This document shows, one piece after another, positions 1-10,050 of a stretch of 64,000 nt of DNA. The DNA is taken from contig JBGTCK010000062.1 in NCBI GenBank assembly GCA_041748855.1, positions 7,672 through 71,671 of the forward strand. Direction: 5' to 3'. The notes under the pieces were generated by a model that was not told where the DNA came from, did not search any database, and saw nothing but the letters and a program-made list of their open reading frames with translations. Position 1 is the stretch's first letter. Each line of letters starts with the position of its first letter. The DNA comes from Acidimicrobiia bacterium. Lineage in GTDB: Bacteria; Actinomycetota; Acidimicrobiia; Spongiisociales; ZC4RG35. The position numbers and the translations under genes are program-made.

Positions 1-57
1 ATAGAGGACGATTTTCGACACAGAACGGTTCCGGTTCCGGTTCGGGACGGGACGCGG

Positions 58-1377
58 TCAGGTGCGGGATTCGAGGATCTTGACGAAAGAGCGGGTGTGG
101 AGTTCGTCGAGGGTGAGGCCGGTGCGCTCGGTCGCCTCGGCTTCGCTGATTGCCCCGCAATTGATGGCGCGGAGGAAGAAGTTCAACAGCCCCTGCCCGG
201 TTGCGGCGTCATCGAAAACCTCACCAACGAGGGTGGCCTTGGCTGCCGACTCGACGAAGCTCGACAGGCGTTCAGCGGCCTGGTCGAGACCTTCGAGAAA
301 GAAGGCGTAAACGGCGGCGTAGCGAGTGGGGAGCTGTGCGGGGTGGAGGTCCCATCCCTGGTAGTAGGCGTGGCTCAGCGAGTGCCGCACATGGTCGTAG
401 TGGAGCCGCATCGCACGGTGCACACTCTCCCGGTTCTCTGCATCCTGGTCGGAGCCAAGGTCGTCGCCGCGGTGAACCGGAACGGGCATCACGTTGGTGG
501 CGCCATCGGACAGCCAGACCCCGGACCCGGCAAGGCTCACCTGGAGAACGTGCCTGGCGAAGTCGCAGGCAGGGTGGGTCATTGTCTGGTGCGCCGCGGT
601 GATATTCATCGATGCGGTGTAGTCGTAGGTTCCGAAGTGAGCCCCCCGGATCCTCCCGTTGCCGGCCGCGACGAACTTTCGCAGTCCGCCGGTCCCGTCG
701 TGGTCGATGATCATCTGCGGGGTTTCCACCATCAGTTCCACGGGGATCGACGCGATACCCAGATTGTCCTCGAGTTCGGAGAGAGCTTCGTCGAGCACTG
801 CAACCTGGGCTTCATCCTGGATCTTGGGGAGGGTGATCACGAAGTCCTCCGGGAGGTTCCCGGAGTTCTCGACGAGGGTTGTCACGAATAGGTCGAGCGT
901 CCGCAGCGACCGTCGGTAGAGCTCGCCGGAGAGCGGCTTGATCCTGATGCCAAGGAAGGGCGGCAACGTCCCAGCCTCCATCCCGGCCGCGACCTGTTCC
1001 GCCGACGACGCGGCGTGCCCGTCCTCCTCTTGGTCGGCGCGGTTCCCGTAGCCATCTTCGAAATCCAGCCGGAAGTCCTCGATGGGCTCGCGCTCGAGCT
1101 TGTCCCGCACCAGCGAGTGGACCGGTCCGGCCAGGCTGCTGTCGATACCGAGCAGGTCGGAGAGATCGCTGCCACTGGGGACCCAGGTTTGGAAAGAATC
1201 GAGGGCTAGCTCTCCCAGTTTGCTCGCGGTGTCCGACCGGAAGAGGTGGGCTCCCCCATAGACGGTGTGAACCGGTTGCCGCTCGGGCCCATCGCCGGGG
1301 AAGTCCGATGCGAGGCGGGCATTGGTCGTGTCGAGGCGCTCAGCCCAGCGGGCAAGGGAGTCGTTGGATAGTCTCAT
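58..1377 (-). CDS. HpcH/HpaI aldolase / malate synthase-citrate lyase-like TIM-barrel enzyme (DUF6986-like)
   Basis: Motifs RQPVHTVYGGAHLF, DFRLDFEDGYG, HFGTYDY, QGWDLHPAQ. Real start taken as ATG 1377 (MRLSND); the ORF-track extension runs through intergenic DNA. Confidence 0.75.
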   Translation of the reverse strand: MRLSNDSLARWAERLDTTNARLASDFPGDGPERQPVHTVYGGAHLFRSDTASKLGELALDSFQTWVPSGSDLSDLLGIDSSLAGPVHSLVRDKLEREPIEDFRLDFEDGYGNRADQEEDGHAASSAEQVAAGMEAGTLPPFLGIRIKPLSGELYRRSLRTLDLFVTTLVENSGNLPEDFVITLPKIQDEAQVAVLDEALSELEDNLGIASIPVELMVETPQMIIDHDGTGGLRKFVAAGNGRIRGAHFGTYDYTASMNITAAHQTMTHPACDFARHVLQVSLAGSGVWLSDGATNVMPVPVHRGDDLGSDQDAENRESVHRAMRLHYDHVRHSLSHAYYQGWDLHPAQLPTRYAAVYAFFLEGLDQAAERLSSFVESAAKATLVGEVFDDAATGQGLLNFFLRAINCGAISEAEATERTGLTLDELHTRSFVKILESRT

Positions 1378-1562
1378 CGGCGCCAACTCTATCGGCTCGC
1401 GCCATCGTCGCTCCGACTGTGTGGCTGGTGTCCCGTCCGGCAGATCGTGCTCGCATTTCAACGGCCCTTGTCTTCCCTGGCTGCGTCCTCGTCCTTGACG
1501 AACGGCGCGGTCCGCCTGCGTCCTGCGTCCTTGCCAGGAATGACAATGCGGATTCCATCCGT

Positions 1563-1611
1563 TGGAGTTTGAGCAGCTCAAACTCCATTCAACCCGACTT
1601 GATCGGGTTGA
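1563..1611. repeat. Two adjacent inverted repeats in the divergent intergenic region
   Basis: TGGAGTTTGAGC-A-GCTCAAACTCCA (1563-1587, perfect 12-1-12) and TCAACCCGA-cttga-TCGGGTTGA (1589-1611, 9-5-9). Confidence 0.85.
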
Positions 1612-1662
1612 CCTCGCCGAAATAGCAAGCGAATCCACCGGACAGGACACTAGCTTCAAACG

Positions 1663-3021
1663 ATGGGAACCCTGCTCCTGAGCAATATCCACACCCTTGC
1701 CACCATGGATGGCGCGGAGATCGAGAACGCGTCGGTCCTGGTCCGCGACGGTTGGATCGAACAGGTCGGTCCGGTGGACGCACTGCGCGAGGATGCTGAC
1801 AGGATCGTCGACCTCACCGATCACATCGTGCTACCGGGCCTGGTCAACACCCATCACCATCTCTACCAGACGTTGACCCGGGTCATCCCGGGCGCCCAGA
1901 ATGTCAGTCTGTTTGGTTGGCTGACGACTCTGTATCCGATCTGGGCGAAGATGACCCCCGACCACGTCCGGGTGGCCACCACTCTCGGTCTCGTCGAACT
2001 AGCCCTCAGCGGGTGTACCACCGCCGCCGACCACCACTACCTCTGGCCCGACGGCTCTGGTGTCGATGACCAGATCGAAGGTGCCGCCGATCTCAACATA
2101 CGTTTCCATGTCTCCCGGGGATCGATGAGCCTGGGCAAGTCCGACGGCGGCCTGCCCCCAGACTCAGTCGTGGAGGACGAGTCGACAATCCTCGAAATGA
2201 GTCAGGAGGCTGTCGAGAAACACCACGACCCGGCCCGCGGTGCGCTGCGAAGGGTTGTCCTGGCCCCCTGCTCGCCTTTCTCGGTGACGGGTGATCTGAT
2301 GCGGGAATCTGCCGATCTGGCGCGGAGCCTCGGCGTCCACCTGCACACCCACCTCGCCGAAACCGAAGATGAAGAGCGCTTCTGCAGGGAGCGGTTCGGG
2401 CTGCGGCCAGTGGAGTTCATGGAGAGCCTGGGCTGGGCCGGCGTGGACGTCTGGTACGCCCACGCGGTCCACGTCGCCGACGACGAGGTTCTCAGAATGG
2501 CCAGCTCAGGAACCGGCGTTGCCCACTGTCCCACTTCGAACATGCGACTCGCCAGCGGGGTGGCCCCGGTTGCCCGTTATATCGACGCCGGGGTGCCGGT
2601 CGGGCTCGGAGTCGATGGTTCTGCATCGAATGACTCCTCAAACATGCTGGCAGAGGTGCGCCAGGCTCTTCTGCTCAACCGGCTTGCCGTTTCCCCCGGA
2701 GTGGGCCAGGGCGATCTGATGACGGCACGCCAGGCTCTCCAACTGGCGACGACGGGAGGGGCAGGTGTGCTTGGACGCGACGACATCGGTCGCATCGCCC
2801 CTGGATACGCTGCGGACGTGATCGCAATCGACCTCAACCGTTTGGAATTTGCCGGTGCGCTCCACGATCCGGTTGCCGCAGTCGTGCTCTCCGGACCTTC
2901 GAAGATCGACCATTCATGGGTTGGAGGTAAGCCACTCGTTGAGGACGGCAGAGTTGTCGGAATCGACGCTGGTGGCATTGTCGCCGAGCACAATCGACTG
3001 AGTACCACGCTGATCGGGTAA
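1663..3021 (+). CDS. 8-oxoguanine deaminase-like amidohydrolase
   Basis: PGLVNTHHHLYQTLTR, APCSPFSV, LHTHLAET, HCPTSNMRLASG, GVDGSASND. Confidence 0.9.
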   Translation: MGTLLLSNIHTLATMDGAEIENASVLVRDGWIEQVGPVDALREDADRIVDLTDHIVLPGLVNTHHHLYQTLTRVIPGAQNVSLFGWLTTLYPIWAKMTPDHVRVATTLGLVELALSGCTTAADHHYLWPDGSGVDDQIEGAADLNIRFHVSRGSMSLGKSDGGLPPDSVVEDESTILEMSQEAVEKHHDPARGALRRVVLAPCSPFSVTGDLMRESADLARSLGVHLHTHLAETEDEERFCRERFGLRPVEFMESLGWAGVDVWYAHAVHVADDEVLRMASSGTGVAHCPTSNMRLASGVAPVARYIDAGVPVGLGVDGSASNDSSNMLAEVRQALLLNRLAVSPGVGQGDLMTARQALQLATTGGAGVLGRDDIGRIAPGYAADVIAIDLNRLEFAGALHDPVAAVVLSGPSKIDHSWVGGKPLVEDGRVVGIDAGGIVAEHNRLSTTLIG

Positions 3022-3031
3022 GTTCCGGAAC

Positions 3032-3826
3032 GTGAACGTCACTTACCCGGACTCCCTTGCCGATGCGCTTGAAGCAGTTGGCGCAGGTGCGATACCGCTC
3101 GCTGGTGGTACCGACCTCATGGTCGAGACCAATTTCGGCCACGCCGACCCCCAGGACGTGGTGGTGCTCCGTCGTCTCGATGAGCTTGCCGTTTGGGAGG
3201 GGAACCTCCTAGGGGCCGGAGTCACCTGGAGGAAAATCGAAACGGCCGGCCCCCGAGCGCTTGCCCAGGCAGCGCGGACCGTTGGATCACCCCAGATCCG
3301 CAATGCGGGCACTATTGGCGGGAACATCGGGACCGCAAGCCCGGCCGGTGACGGGTTGCCGTTTCTTGCCGCCGTCGACGCCAGCATCGAGTTGGCTTCA
3401 TCTCGCGGAACACGCTCGTTGCCCTGGGACGAGTTCTTTCTGGGCGTCAAAAAGACTGCCCTCGGCCCGGATGAGATGATCACCGGTGTCCGTTTGCCGG
3501 ACGAGCTGCCGGAGCGCCAGGAGTTCGCCAAGATCGGCGCCCGCAATGCAATGGTCATCGCCACCGTCTGTTGTGTCGTCACCAGGGGTGACGGCGGAGC
3601 CACCCGGGTGGCTCTCGGGTCAGTGGCACCAACCCCGATCCGGGCCCGTCGCGCCGAAGAGATGATCTCATCAGTCGCAACGCCGACCGACAACGACCTG
3701 GCCGAGTTTGCCAGGCTGGTCTCCGAGGAGGTCACGCCGATCACCGACCATCGCTCCACAGAGGAGTACCGCCGCCACGCGTCCGGAGTGCTCGCGCGGC
3801 GGCTGCTGGAACGGTGCTTGCGGTGA
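3032..3826 (+). CDS. Xanthine dehydrogenase family FAD-binding subunit
   Basis: AGGTDL, QIRNAGTIGGNI, ASPAGD, DHRSTEEYR. Confidence 0.9.
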   Translation: MNVTYPDSLADALEAVGAGAIPLAGGTDLMVETNFGHADPQDVVVLRRLDELAVWEGNLLGAGVTWRKIETAGPRALAQAARTVGSPQIRNAGTIGGNIGTASPAGDGLPFLAAVDASIELASSRGTRSLPWDEFFLGVKKTALGPDEMITGVRLPDELPERQEFAKIGARNAMVIATVCCVVTRGDGGATRVALGSVAPTPIRARRAEEMISSVATPTDNDLAEFARLVSEEVTPITDHRSTEEYRRHASGVLARRLLERCLR

Positions 3827-4284
3827 TCGTCGTTTTCAACCTCAACGGTAAGCGCAGCACCGCAAGGGTGATGGCACCGACCAGCCTGCTCGACGTGTTG
3901 CGGGACGAGATGGGGCTCCCCGGATCAAAAAGCGCATGTGAGCAGGGTGAATGCGGCTCTTGTTCTGTAATGCTCGACGACGTGCTGGTCTGCTCCTGTC
4001 TGGTGATGGCAGTCGATGCGGAAGGTTCCGACATCAGGACCGTCGAAGGCATGTCCTCTGGGGATTTTCTCCACCCGGTCCAAGAGGCGATGCATCAGGC
4101 TGGTGCTGTTCAGTGCGGATTCTGCACCCCGGGGTTCGTGGTGGCGGCGGTCGACCTGTTCGAGAAGAACCCGAAACCGAGCACAGAGGAGATCAAGGAG
4201 GCACTCGCCGGGAACCTGTGCCGGTGCACGGGTTACGGAGCGATTCTGAGAGCATTCGAAGACCTGGCCGGGGGAGCGAAGTGA
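3823..4284 (+). CDS. Xanthine dehydrogenase family 2Fe-2S subunit
   Basis: CEQGECGSC..C, QCGFCTPG, NLCRCTGY; GTGA overlap with the upstream gene. Confidence 0.92.
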   Translation: MIVVFNLNGKRSTARVMAPTSLLDVLRDEMGLPGSKSACEQGECGSCSVMLDDVLVCSCLVMAVDAEGSDIRTVEGMSSGDFLHPVQEAMHQAGAVQCGFCTPGFVVAAVDLFEKNPKPSTEEIKEALAGNLCRCTGYGAILRAFEDLAGGAK

Positions 4285-6503
4285 CCACTGAGACGATCCG
4301 TCCGGTCACCGATATCGAAGGCGTCGTTGGTGACTCTCCGTTGCGTCCCGATGGCATACCCAAGCTCAAAGGAGAGTTCTACTTCGCCCAGGACCTGACC
4401 GCTGACCTGATGTTGTGGGGCGCCACGGTGCGTAGCCCGCACCCTCATGCCCGTATCGTGTCAATCGACATCGCCCCCGCCCTCGCCATCGGTGGGGTGC
4501 ATGCGGTGCTCACCGCCGACGATGTGCCGGGCCGCGCCGTGTTCGGGCTGGAACACCCCGATCAGCCGGTGCTTGCTCGTGGCACTGTCAACTATTGGGG
4601 CGAACCGGTAGTTGTGGTGGCCGCCGAAGACGAACGCACTGCACAGGCCGCCGCGCGAGCAGTTGTCGTCGAGTACGAGGTGCTCGAGCCTCTGGTTGAT
4701 ATCGACGAGGCAGACCGGCTGGACGAGGTGTTCCGCCGGATGAGAATCCGGCGTGGCGACCAGGACGTCACTGGCGAAGTGATTGTCGAAGGCACCTATG
4801 AAGTGGGGATGCAGGACCAGGCTCCGCTGGGTACTGAGGCCGGCCTCGCCGTTCCCGACGGCTCGGGTGGTGTCGACCTCTACGCCACTTCCCAATTCGT
4901 CCATGTCGACCAGGAGCAGGTGGTGGCATCCCTCGGCCTGCGACCCGACCAGGTCCGATCGCACCCTTCGGGGATCGGCGGTGCCTTCGGAGCGCGGGAG
5001 GATGTCAACCTGCACATCCATCTGTGTCTGCTTGCCCTGCACACGGGTCGTCCCGTGAAGATGGTGTACCACCGGTCGGAGTCGTTCACCGGCCACGTCC
5101 ATCGTCACCCCGCCAAGCTCTGGTACCGCCACCACGCAGACCGTGACGGCAGGCTGGTCCGGGTGGAGGCCACCGTTGCGATCGATGGTGGTGCCTACGC
5201 ATCGACAACGGCCGCCGTGCTGGCGAATGCATCCTATTTCGCGGTCGGACCTTACCGGTGCGACTCGGTCGCAGTCGACGGTGTGGGTACCCGGACCAAC
5301 AATCCACCTTGTGGTGCCATGCGAGGTTTCGGGGCGGTACAGGTCTGTTTCGGGTACGAAGCCCAGATGGACCGCCTTGCCGCCGAAATCGGGATCGATC
5401 CACTGGAACTGCGGCGTCGGAATGCGCTTGCCACGGGCGATCCGATGCCGACCACCGGCCAGATAATCGAAACTCCGCTCCCGACCCTCGATGTGATCAA
5501 CTCGTTGGAAGCGATGCCACTGATGGGCAATGTCCGCAACGAGAGCCCTTTCGATCTTCCCGGTGGGTCCGGACTTACCTCCGACGCTGGACATGTCGTA
5601 TCCGGAGTCGGATATGCGCTGGGAATCAAGAACCTCGGATTCAGTGAAGGCTTCGACGACTACGCCCAGGCCCGGGTTCTCCTCACTGAAGAGGGTGCTG
5701 TGGTCGAGACCGCAGCAATCGAGGTCGGTCAGGGCCTGGTCAGTGTCCTGGCCCAGATCCTCCGCACCGAGCTGGGAATCTCACGGGCGGCCGTGCGACA
5801 CGTCGATACCTCACAGATCGATTCTGCCGGCTCGACTTCGGCATCCCGTCAAACCCAGATCTCCGGCGGGGCGACCATGGAAGCTGCCCGCAACCTGCGC
5901 GGGCAGATTCTCGAGGCACACAACGGCGACCGCCTCGACGACAACGGAGTCTGGAAAGGTGACAAACTGGTAGCGCCCATGGCCGCGGTCCTACGTAACC
6001 ACTGGGAAGAAACCGTCACATTCCGCCATCCTCCTACGTTCACGTCCGATCAGGATGGCCAGGGGGTGGTGCATGCCGATTTTGCGGTTGCCGGCCACCG
6101 CGCCCTGGTGAGTGTCGACGCCGAGCTCGGCTTGGTGAAGGTCCACCGGGTGGATACGGCCCAGGATGTCGGTAAGGCGCTGAACCCCCAGTCGGTGCGG
6201 GGGCAGATCGAAGGCGGGATCATGCAGGGGGTGGGTCTCGCCGTCATGGAAGAGCTTGTGGTGAGTGGGGGTGTGATCAAGAATCCCAACTTCACCGACT
6301 ACCTGCTCCCGACGATTCTCGATGCCCCCGATGTGGAGGCCTTGTTGATCGAACAGGCGGGCTCCTGGGGCCCGTATGGCGCCAAAGGAGTCGGTGAGTC
6401 ACCAACGATCTCTTCGACCGCTGCCGTCGCTGCGGCGATCAGGGACGCCACCGGCCGGGAGATCTCCCGGGTCCCGGTCCGACCCCAGGACATCGCCCTT
6501 TGA
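4281..6503 (+). CDS. Xanthine dehydrogenase molybdopterin-binding subunit (PucD-like)
   Basis: RSPHPHARI, GGAFGARE, AMRGFG, GQIEGG, AKGVGE; GTG start at 4281 overlaps the previous stop (GTGA). Confidence 0.92.
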   Translation: MTTETIRPVTDIEGVVGDSPLRPDGIPKLKGEFYFAQDLTADLMLWGATVRSPHPHARIVSIDIAPALAIGGVHAVLTADDVPGRAVFGLEHPDQPVLARGTVNYWGEPVVVVAAEDERTAQAAARAVVVEYEVLEPLVDIDEADRLDEVFRRMRIRRGDQDVTGEVIVEGTYEVGMQDQAPLGTEAGLAVPDGSGGVDLYATSQFVHVDQEQVVASLGLRPDQVRSHPSGIGGAFGAREDVNLHIHLCLLALHTGRPVKMVYHRSESFTGHVHRHPAKLWYRHHADRDGRLVRVEATVAIDGGAYASTTAAVLANASYFAVGPYRCDSVAVDGVGTRTNNPPCGAMRGFGAVQVCFGYEAQMDRLAAEIGIDPLELRRRNALATGDPMPTTGQIIETPLPTLDVINSLEAMPLMGNVRNESPFDLPGGSGLTSDAGHVVSGVGYALGIKNLGFSEGFDDYAQARVLLTEEGAVVETAAIEVGQGLVSVLAQILRTELGISRAAVRHVDTSQIDSAGSTSASRQTQISGGATMEAARNLRGQILEAHNGDRLDDNGVWKGDKLVAPMAAVLRNHWEETVTFRHPPTFTSDQDGQGVVHADFAVAGHRALVSVDAELGLVKVHRVDTAQDVGKALNPQSVRGQIEGGIMQGVGLAVMEELVVSGGVIKNPNFTDYLLPTILDAPDVEALLIEQAGSWGPYGAKGVGESPTISSTAAVAAAIRDATGREISRVPVRPQDIAL

Positions 6504-6515
6504 TGTTCTTGACGG

Positions 6516-7550
6516 ATGCCTGCTGGACGCGCTGAAATGGACCCGATGCGTGACCTGATCAACCGGCTTCCCAAAGCCGAGTTGCACGTCCATATCGAAG
6601 GCACTCTCGAACCCGGCCTCATGTTCGACCTTGCTGCGCGCAACGGTCTCGAACTCCCATACGCCAGTGTCGATGAGGTGACCAGCGCTTACCGCTTCTC
6701 CGACCTCCAGTCATTCCTCGACATCTACTACCGGGGGGCAGCGGTGCTGCAGACTCCCGACGACTTCTACGAGTTGATGTCCGCCTACCTGCGGCGGGCC
6801 GCTGCCGACGGCGTGCGACATGCCGAGATCTTCTTCGATCCCCAGACGCATACCGACCGGAGTGTGGGGTTCCCGGTCTTCATGGAAGGTTTCCACGGCG
6901 CAATCGCAGATGCTTCCGGGGTGAGCGCCGATCTCATCATGTGCTTCTTGCGTCACCTGTCCGGTGAGGAGGCGGTCGCGACACTCCGGGAGGCGGAGCC
7001 CCACCTCGACGGTGTTATCGCGGTTGGGCTCGACTCCTCGGAGAAGGACCGCCCCTCGCACCTGTTCGAAGAAGCCTTTTTGCAGGCCCGTGAGCTGGGA
7101 CTTCGGGCGGTGGCACACGCCGGGGAGGAGGGACCGCCCGAGTACGTCGTCGCGGCGCTCGACGTGCTCGGGGCCGAGCGGATCGATCACGGTGTCCGCA
7201 GTCTCGAAGACCCGGTTCTGGTTGAGCGGCTTCGGGTCGACCAGGTTCCTCTCACCGTCTGCCCCCTGTCCAATGTCGCCTTGAAAGTGGTCGAAGACCT
7301 GAGCGAGCACCCGATTCGCACGATGCTCGACCACGGTTTGCACGTGTCGGTCAATTCTGACGACCCGGCGTACTTCGGGGGCTACGTAGGTGACAACTAC
7401 ATGCAACTAGTCGAGGTACTCGACTTCGGACTCGAAGAGGTTGCCGACCTGGCGCGAATGTCGATCACTTCTTCGTTCCTCGACGAGGACCGGAAGCTGG
7501 AGTTGATCGACGAGCTTGGCGCTGTCGTCGCGGAGGGTCACGCCTGGTAG
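6516..7550 (+). CDS. add: Adenosine/adenine deaminase
   Basis: PKAELHVHIEGTLEP, HAGEEG, RIDHG, CPLSN, NSDDPAYF; alternative starts at 6537 and 6546. Confidence 0.9.
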   Translation: MPAGRAEMDPMRDLINRLPKAELHVHIEGTLEPGLMFDLAARNGLELPYASVDEVTSAYRFSDLQSFLDIYYRGAAVLQTPDDFYELMSAYLRRAAADGVRHAEIFFDPQTHTDRSVGFPVFMEGFHGAIADASGVSADLIMCFLRHLSGEEAVATLREAEPHLDGVIAVGLDSSEKDRPSHLFEEAFLQARELGLRAVAHAGEEGPPEYVVAALDVLGAERIDHGVRSLEDPVLVERLRVDQVPLTVCPLSNVALKVVEDLSEHPIRTMLDHGLHVSVNSDDPAYFGGYVGDNYMQLVEVLDFGLEEVADLARMSITSSFLDEDRKLELIDELGAVVAEGHAW

Positions 7551-8260
7551 GGCATCTCCAGGCGGTGTTGGCGGAGGAGCTGCTCGTCTCCGAGCAGATC
7601 TGCAGTCTCTCCGTCGGCGACGATCACCCCCGCGTCCATGATCAGCGCCCGGCTGCGCAGCTCGAGGGCGAAGTAGAGGTCGTGGGTGATTACGAGCTGG
7701 GCGACGTCGAGGGATTGCAATACTCCGATCAGCTCCCGCCTGCCCGCCGGGTCGAGGCCGGAGGTGGGCTCATCGAGGACGAGTATCGACGGATTCATGG
7801 CGAGCACGGTGGACAGGGAGACTCTCCGTCGCTCCCCACCACTGAGGTGATGGGGTACCCGACCTCTCAGGTCTTCAGCTCCAACTGCTCCGAGCGCATC
7901 GGACACCGCCTTCTCGAGTTCGTCTCCGGACACCCCGAGATTTGCAGGTCCGAATGCGACATCCTCGGCGACGGTGGGCATGAAGAGCTGGTCGTCTGGG
8001 TTCTGGAATACGAGCCCGACCCGCTTGCGGATCTCGCCCAACGTTTCGTCACCGAGGGTGAGGTCTCCGACGGCCACCACCCCCCGATCGGCCCGGCGAA
8101 TTCCGTTGAGGTGGTGGGCGAGGGTCGTCTTCCCCGCTCCGTTGGGGCCGAGTAGGGCTACCCGCTCACCCGGCATCATTCGGAACGAGACGCCTGAGAG
8201 AGCTCCCTGACCGTCGGGGTAGGTGTAGTGGAGGTCGGCGACTTCGAGTGCGACCCTCAC
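7538..8260 (-). CDS. cbiO: ECF-type Ni/Co transporter ATPase
   Basis: GPNGAGKT, FQNPDDQLF, LSGGE, LDEP; GTG start in GTGA overlap with the cbiQ stop. Confidence 0.9.
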   Translation of the reverse strand: MRVALEVADLHYTYPDGQGALSGVSFRMMPGERVALLGPNGAGKTTLAHHLNGIRRADRGVVAVGDLTLGDETLGEIRKRVGLVFQNPDDQLFMPTVAEDVAFGPANLGVSGDELEKAVSDALGAVGAEDLRGRVPHHLSGGERRRVSLSTVLAMNPSILVLDEPTSGLDPAGRRELIGVLQSLDVAQLVITHDLYFALELRSRALIMDAGVIVADGETADLLGDEQLLRQHRLEMPYQA

Positions 8261-9021
8261 GTCGTCGTCATCGCAATCAAGGCGACGGTGGCTGCGAGGA
8301 GGGGAAGTGCCAGGGTCCCGACCCACTCCCGATTTGTGGCGGACCGGGAGTCCAGCGCCGGCATCACACCGTTGTACCCGCGGGAGAGCATCGCGTCGTA
8401 GACCCGCTCGCCGCGCTCGTAGGACCTGACGAAGAGAGTGCCTGCCGATGCGGCGATGGGACGTGCCTGGGAGAGCCAGCGGGGGTCGTAGCCGCGAGCG
8501 GTCATCGCAGTGCGCATCCGGGTCAGCTCGCCCGCGATCACCTCCAGATAGCGGATCATGAAACTGGCGATTCCGGTGATGACCGGGGGAACTCGAAGCC
8601 TTCCAAACCCTTTGACTATCTCGGGCACCTCGGTAGTTGCCGCCAGCAGGATGCTCGCCGTGGCCCCGAGAGTGGCTTTGGCCAGGATGTTCCACATCGC
8701 CCAGATCCCCTCGCTGGAGAGGCTGATGCCGAGAAAGTCGATGTTCTTTCCCACTCCGATGAAGGGAAGGAACAGAGCAAAAACGACGAAGGGGGCGACG
8801 GCAACGAGACGGGACAGGACGAATCGGACCGGAACCCGGGAGACGGCGACGAGGGCCGCTTCCATGACCGCATAGGCGCTGAACGCCCAGATCGCCTCCC
8901 GGGGAGTGACGGCAATGGCCACAACGAAGAGGAAGGCGCTGAGGACTTTGGTTTCAGGGGGGAGTCGGTGGACCAGCGAGTGCTCGTGGACGTAAAGCGT
9001 ATGGGCGTGTCGAGCGCCCAC
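8257..9021 (-). CDS. cbiQ: ECF-type Ni/Co transporter T component
   Basis: Multi-TM protein with ARG and SRG motifs, RSYERGERVYDAM. Confidence 0.9.
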   Translation of the reverse strand: MGARHAHTLYVHEHSLVHRLPPETKVLSAFLFVVAIAVTPREAIWAFSAYAVMEAALVAVSRVPVRFVLSRLVAVAPFVVFALFLPFIGVGKNIDFLGISLSSEGIWAMWNILAKATLGATASILLAATTEVPEIVKGFGRLRVPPVITGIASFMIRYLEVIAGELTRMRTAMTARGYDPRWLSQARPIAASAGTLFVRSYERGERVYDAMLSRGYNGVMPALDSRSATNREWVGTLALPLLAATVALIAMTTT

Positions 9022-9998
9022 TACACGGGCACTTTCTCCCGGGGGCGGATCGCCTTGAAGAGCCCGAAGCCGACTGCAAGCGTGATCAGCACTCCGGCAG
9101 TTCCAGCAATCGCGAGAGATAGAGCCTCGTTGTTGATGCCCGACGTTGCGTAGTCGGCGAATACCGAATCGCCGAGACCGTGCTCCTCAGCGCTCGAGAT
9201 GAAGCCGGTGTCTTCGGCAACGTATTCGAGCCCGTCGGGGTTGTCGACCGCGAACTGACTGACGACCGTGGCGACGAGGAACGTCACGGCCAGGCCGCCG
9301 ATTATGAACGCGCGGAGCGGCACCTTGTCCGACTCCTGGAGCTGGGCCGGGTCGAGGTCGCCCGCCCCGAACACGAGGTCCGGGCGCGATGCCAGGACGG
9401 CTCCGACGGTGAGTGCGCTGATCAAGCCTTCACCGATCCCGATCAGGAGGTGCACCCCTACCATTGCTCCGAAAACTGTGTCGAAAGGAACCGGTGCAGT
9501 GGCCCCGAATAGCCACTGGATAGAGAAGGCCGAAGCGGACAGCACCACCGAGAGGCCCGCGGCGAGTCCGGTCGCGGCGATCACGCCACCTTTCCTCTTG
9601 GGTAGCAGCTTTCGGAAGCCCGAATAAACGGCAAATCCCCCGTACGCAGGGACGATCGCCATGTTCAACACGTTGTAGCCAAGGGCTGTCAGCCCGCCGT
9701 CGGCGAAGGCCAGAGCCTGGATCATGACTACGACCGTGACCACCAGCGCCCCGATATGGGGTCCGAGCAGGATGGCGGCGAGAGCCCCGCCGAGGAGATG
9801 GCCCGTCGTGCCCGCAGCGACGGGGAAGTTGACCATCTGGGCTGCAAAGACGAACGCCGCGGTGATTCCGGCGAGGGGGACCATCTTCTCGCTCATCTGG
9901 GACTTGGCCTGTTTGAGGGCGACGGAGACGGTGCCGACGCTGAGTGCCCCCGTGGCGATTGCGGTTCCTGCGGTGAGGAATCCATCTGGTGCGTGCAT
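9021..9998 (-). CDS. cbiM: ECF-type Ni/Co S component CbiM/NikM fused to a PDGLE (NikN-like) domain
   Basis: N-terminal MHAPDGFL, GTTGHLLG, C-terminal NPDGLE. Confidence 0.9.
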   Translation of the reverse strand: MHAPDGFLTAGTAIATGALSVGTVSVALKQAKSQMSEKMVPLAGITAAFVFAAQMVNFPVAAGTTGHLLGGALAAILLGPHIGALVVTVVVMIQALAFADGGLTALGYNVLNMAIVPAYGGFAVYSGFRKLLPKRKGGVIAATGLAAGLSVVLSASAFSIQWLFGATAPVPFDTVFGAMVGVHLLIGIGEGLISALTVGAVLASRPDLVFGAGDLDPAQLQESDKVPLRAFIIGGLAVTFLVATVVSQFAVDNPDGLEYVAEDTGFISSAEEHGLGDSVFADYATSGINNEALSLAIAGTAGVLITLAVGFGLFKAIRPREKVPV

Positions 9999-10013
9999 CC
10001 AACAATCCTAGTT

Positions 10014-10038
10014 CTTGTTGCGAATCGTTTGCAACAAG
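10014..10038. promoter_or_regulatory. Fur-family (Nur-type) operator between cbiM and the Fur gene
   Basis: CTTGTTGC-gaatcgttt-GCAACAAG. The core TTGCGA-N5-TTGCAA resembles the Streptomyces Nur box tTGcaa-N5-ttgCAA as I recall it. Confidence 0.75.
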
Positions 10039-10050
10039 TAGAATGACGGT

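Noticed and set aside
25-57. CGGTTC x3 and CGGGA x2 micro-repeats at the window start
   Set aside because: Too short, and context is cut off by the window edge.
3951-4280. N-terminal extension of the xanthine dehydrogenase large subunit
   Set aside because: Overlaps the 2Fe-2S gene in another frame; the GTGA overlap at 4281 gives the real start.
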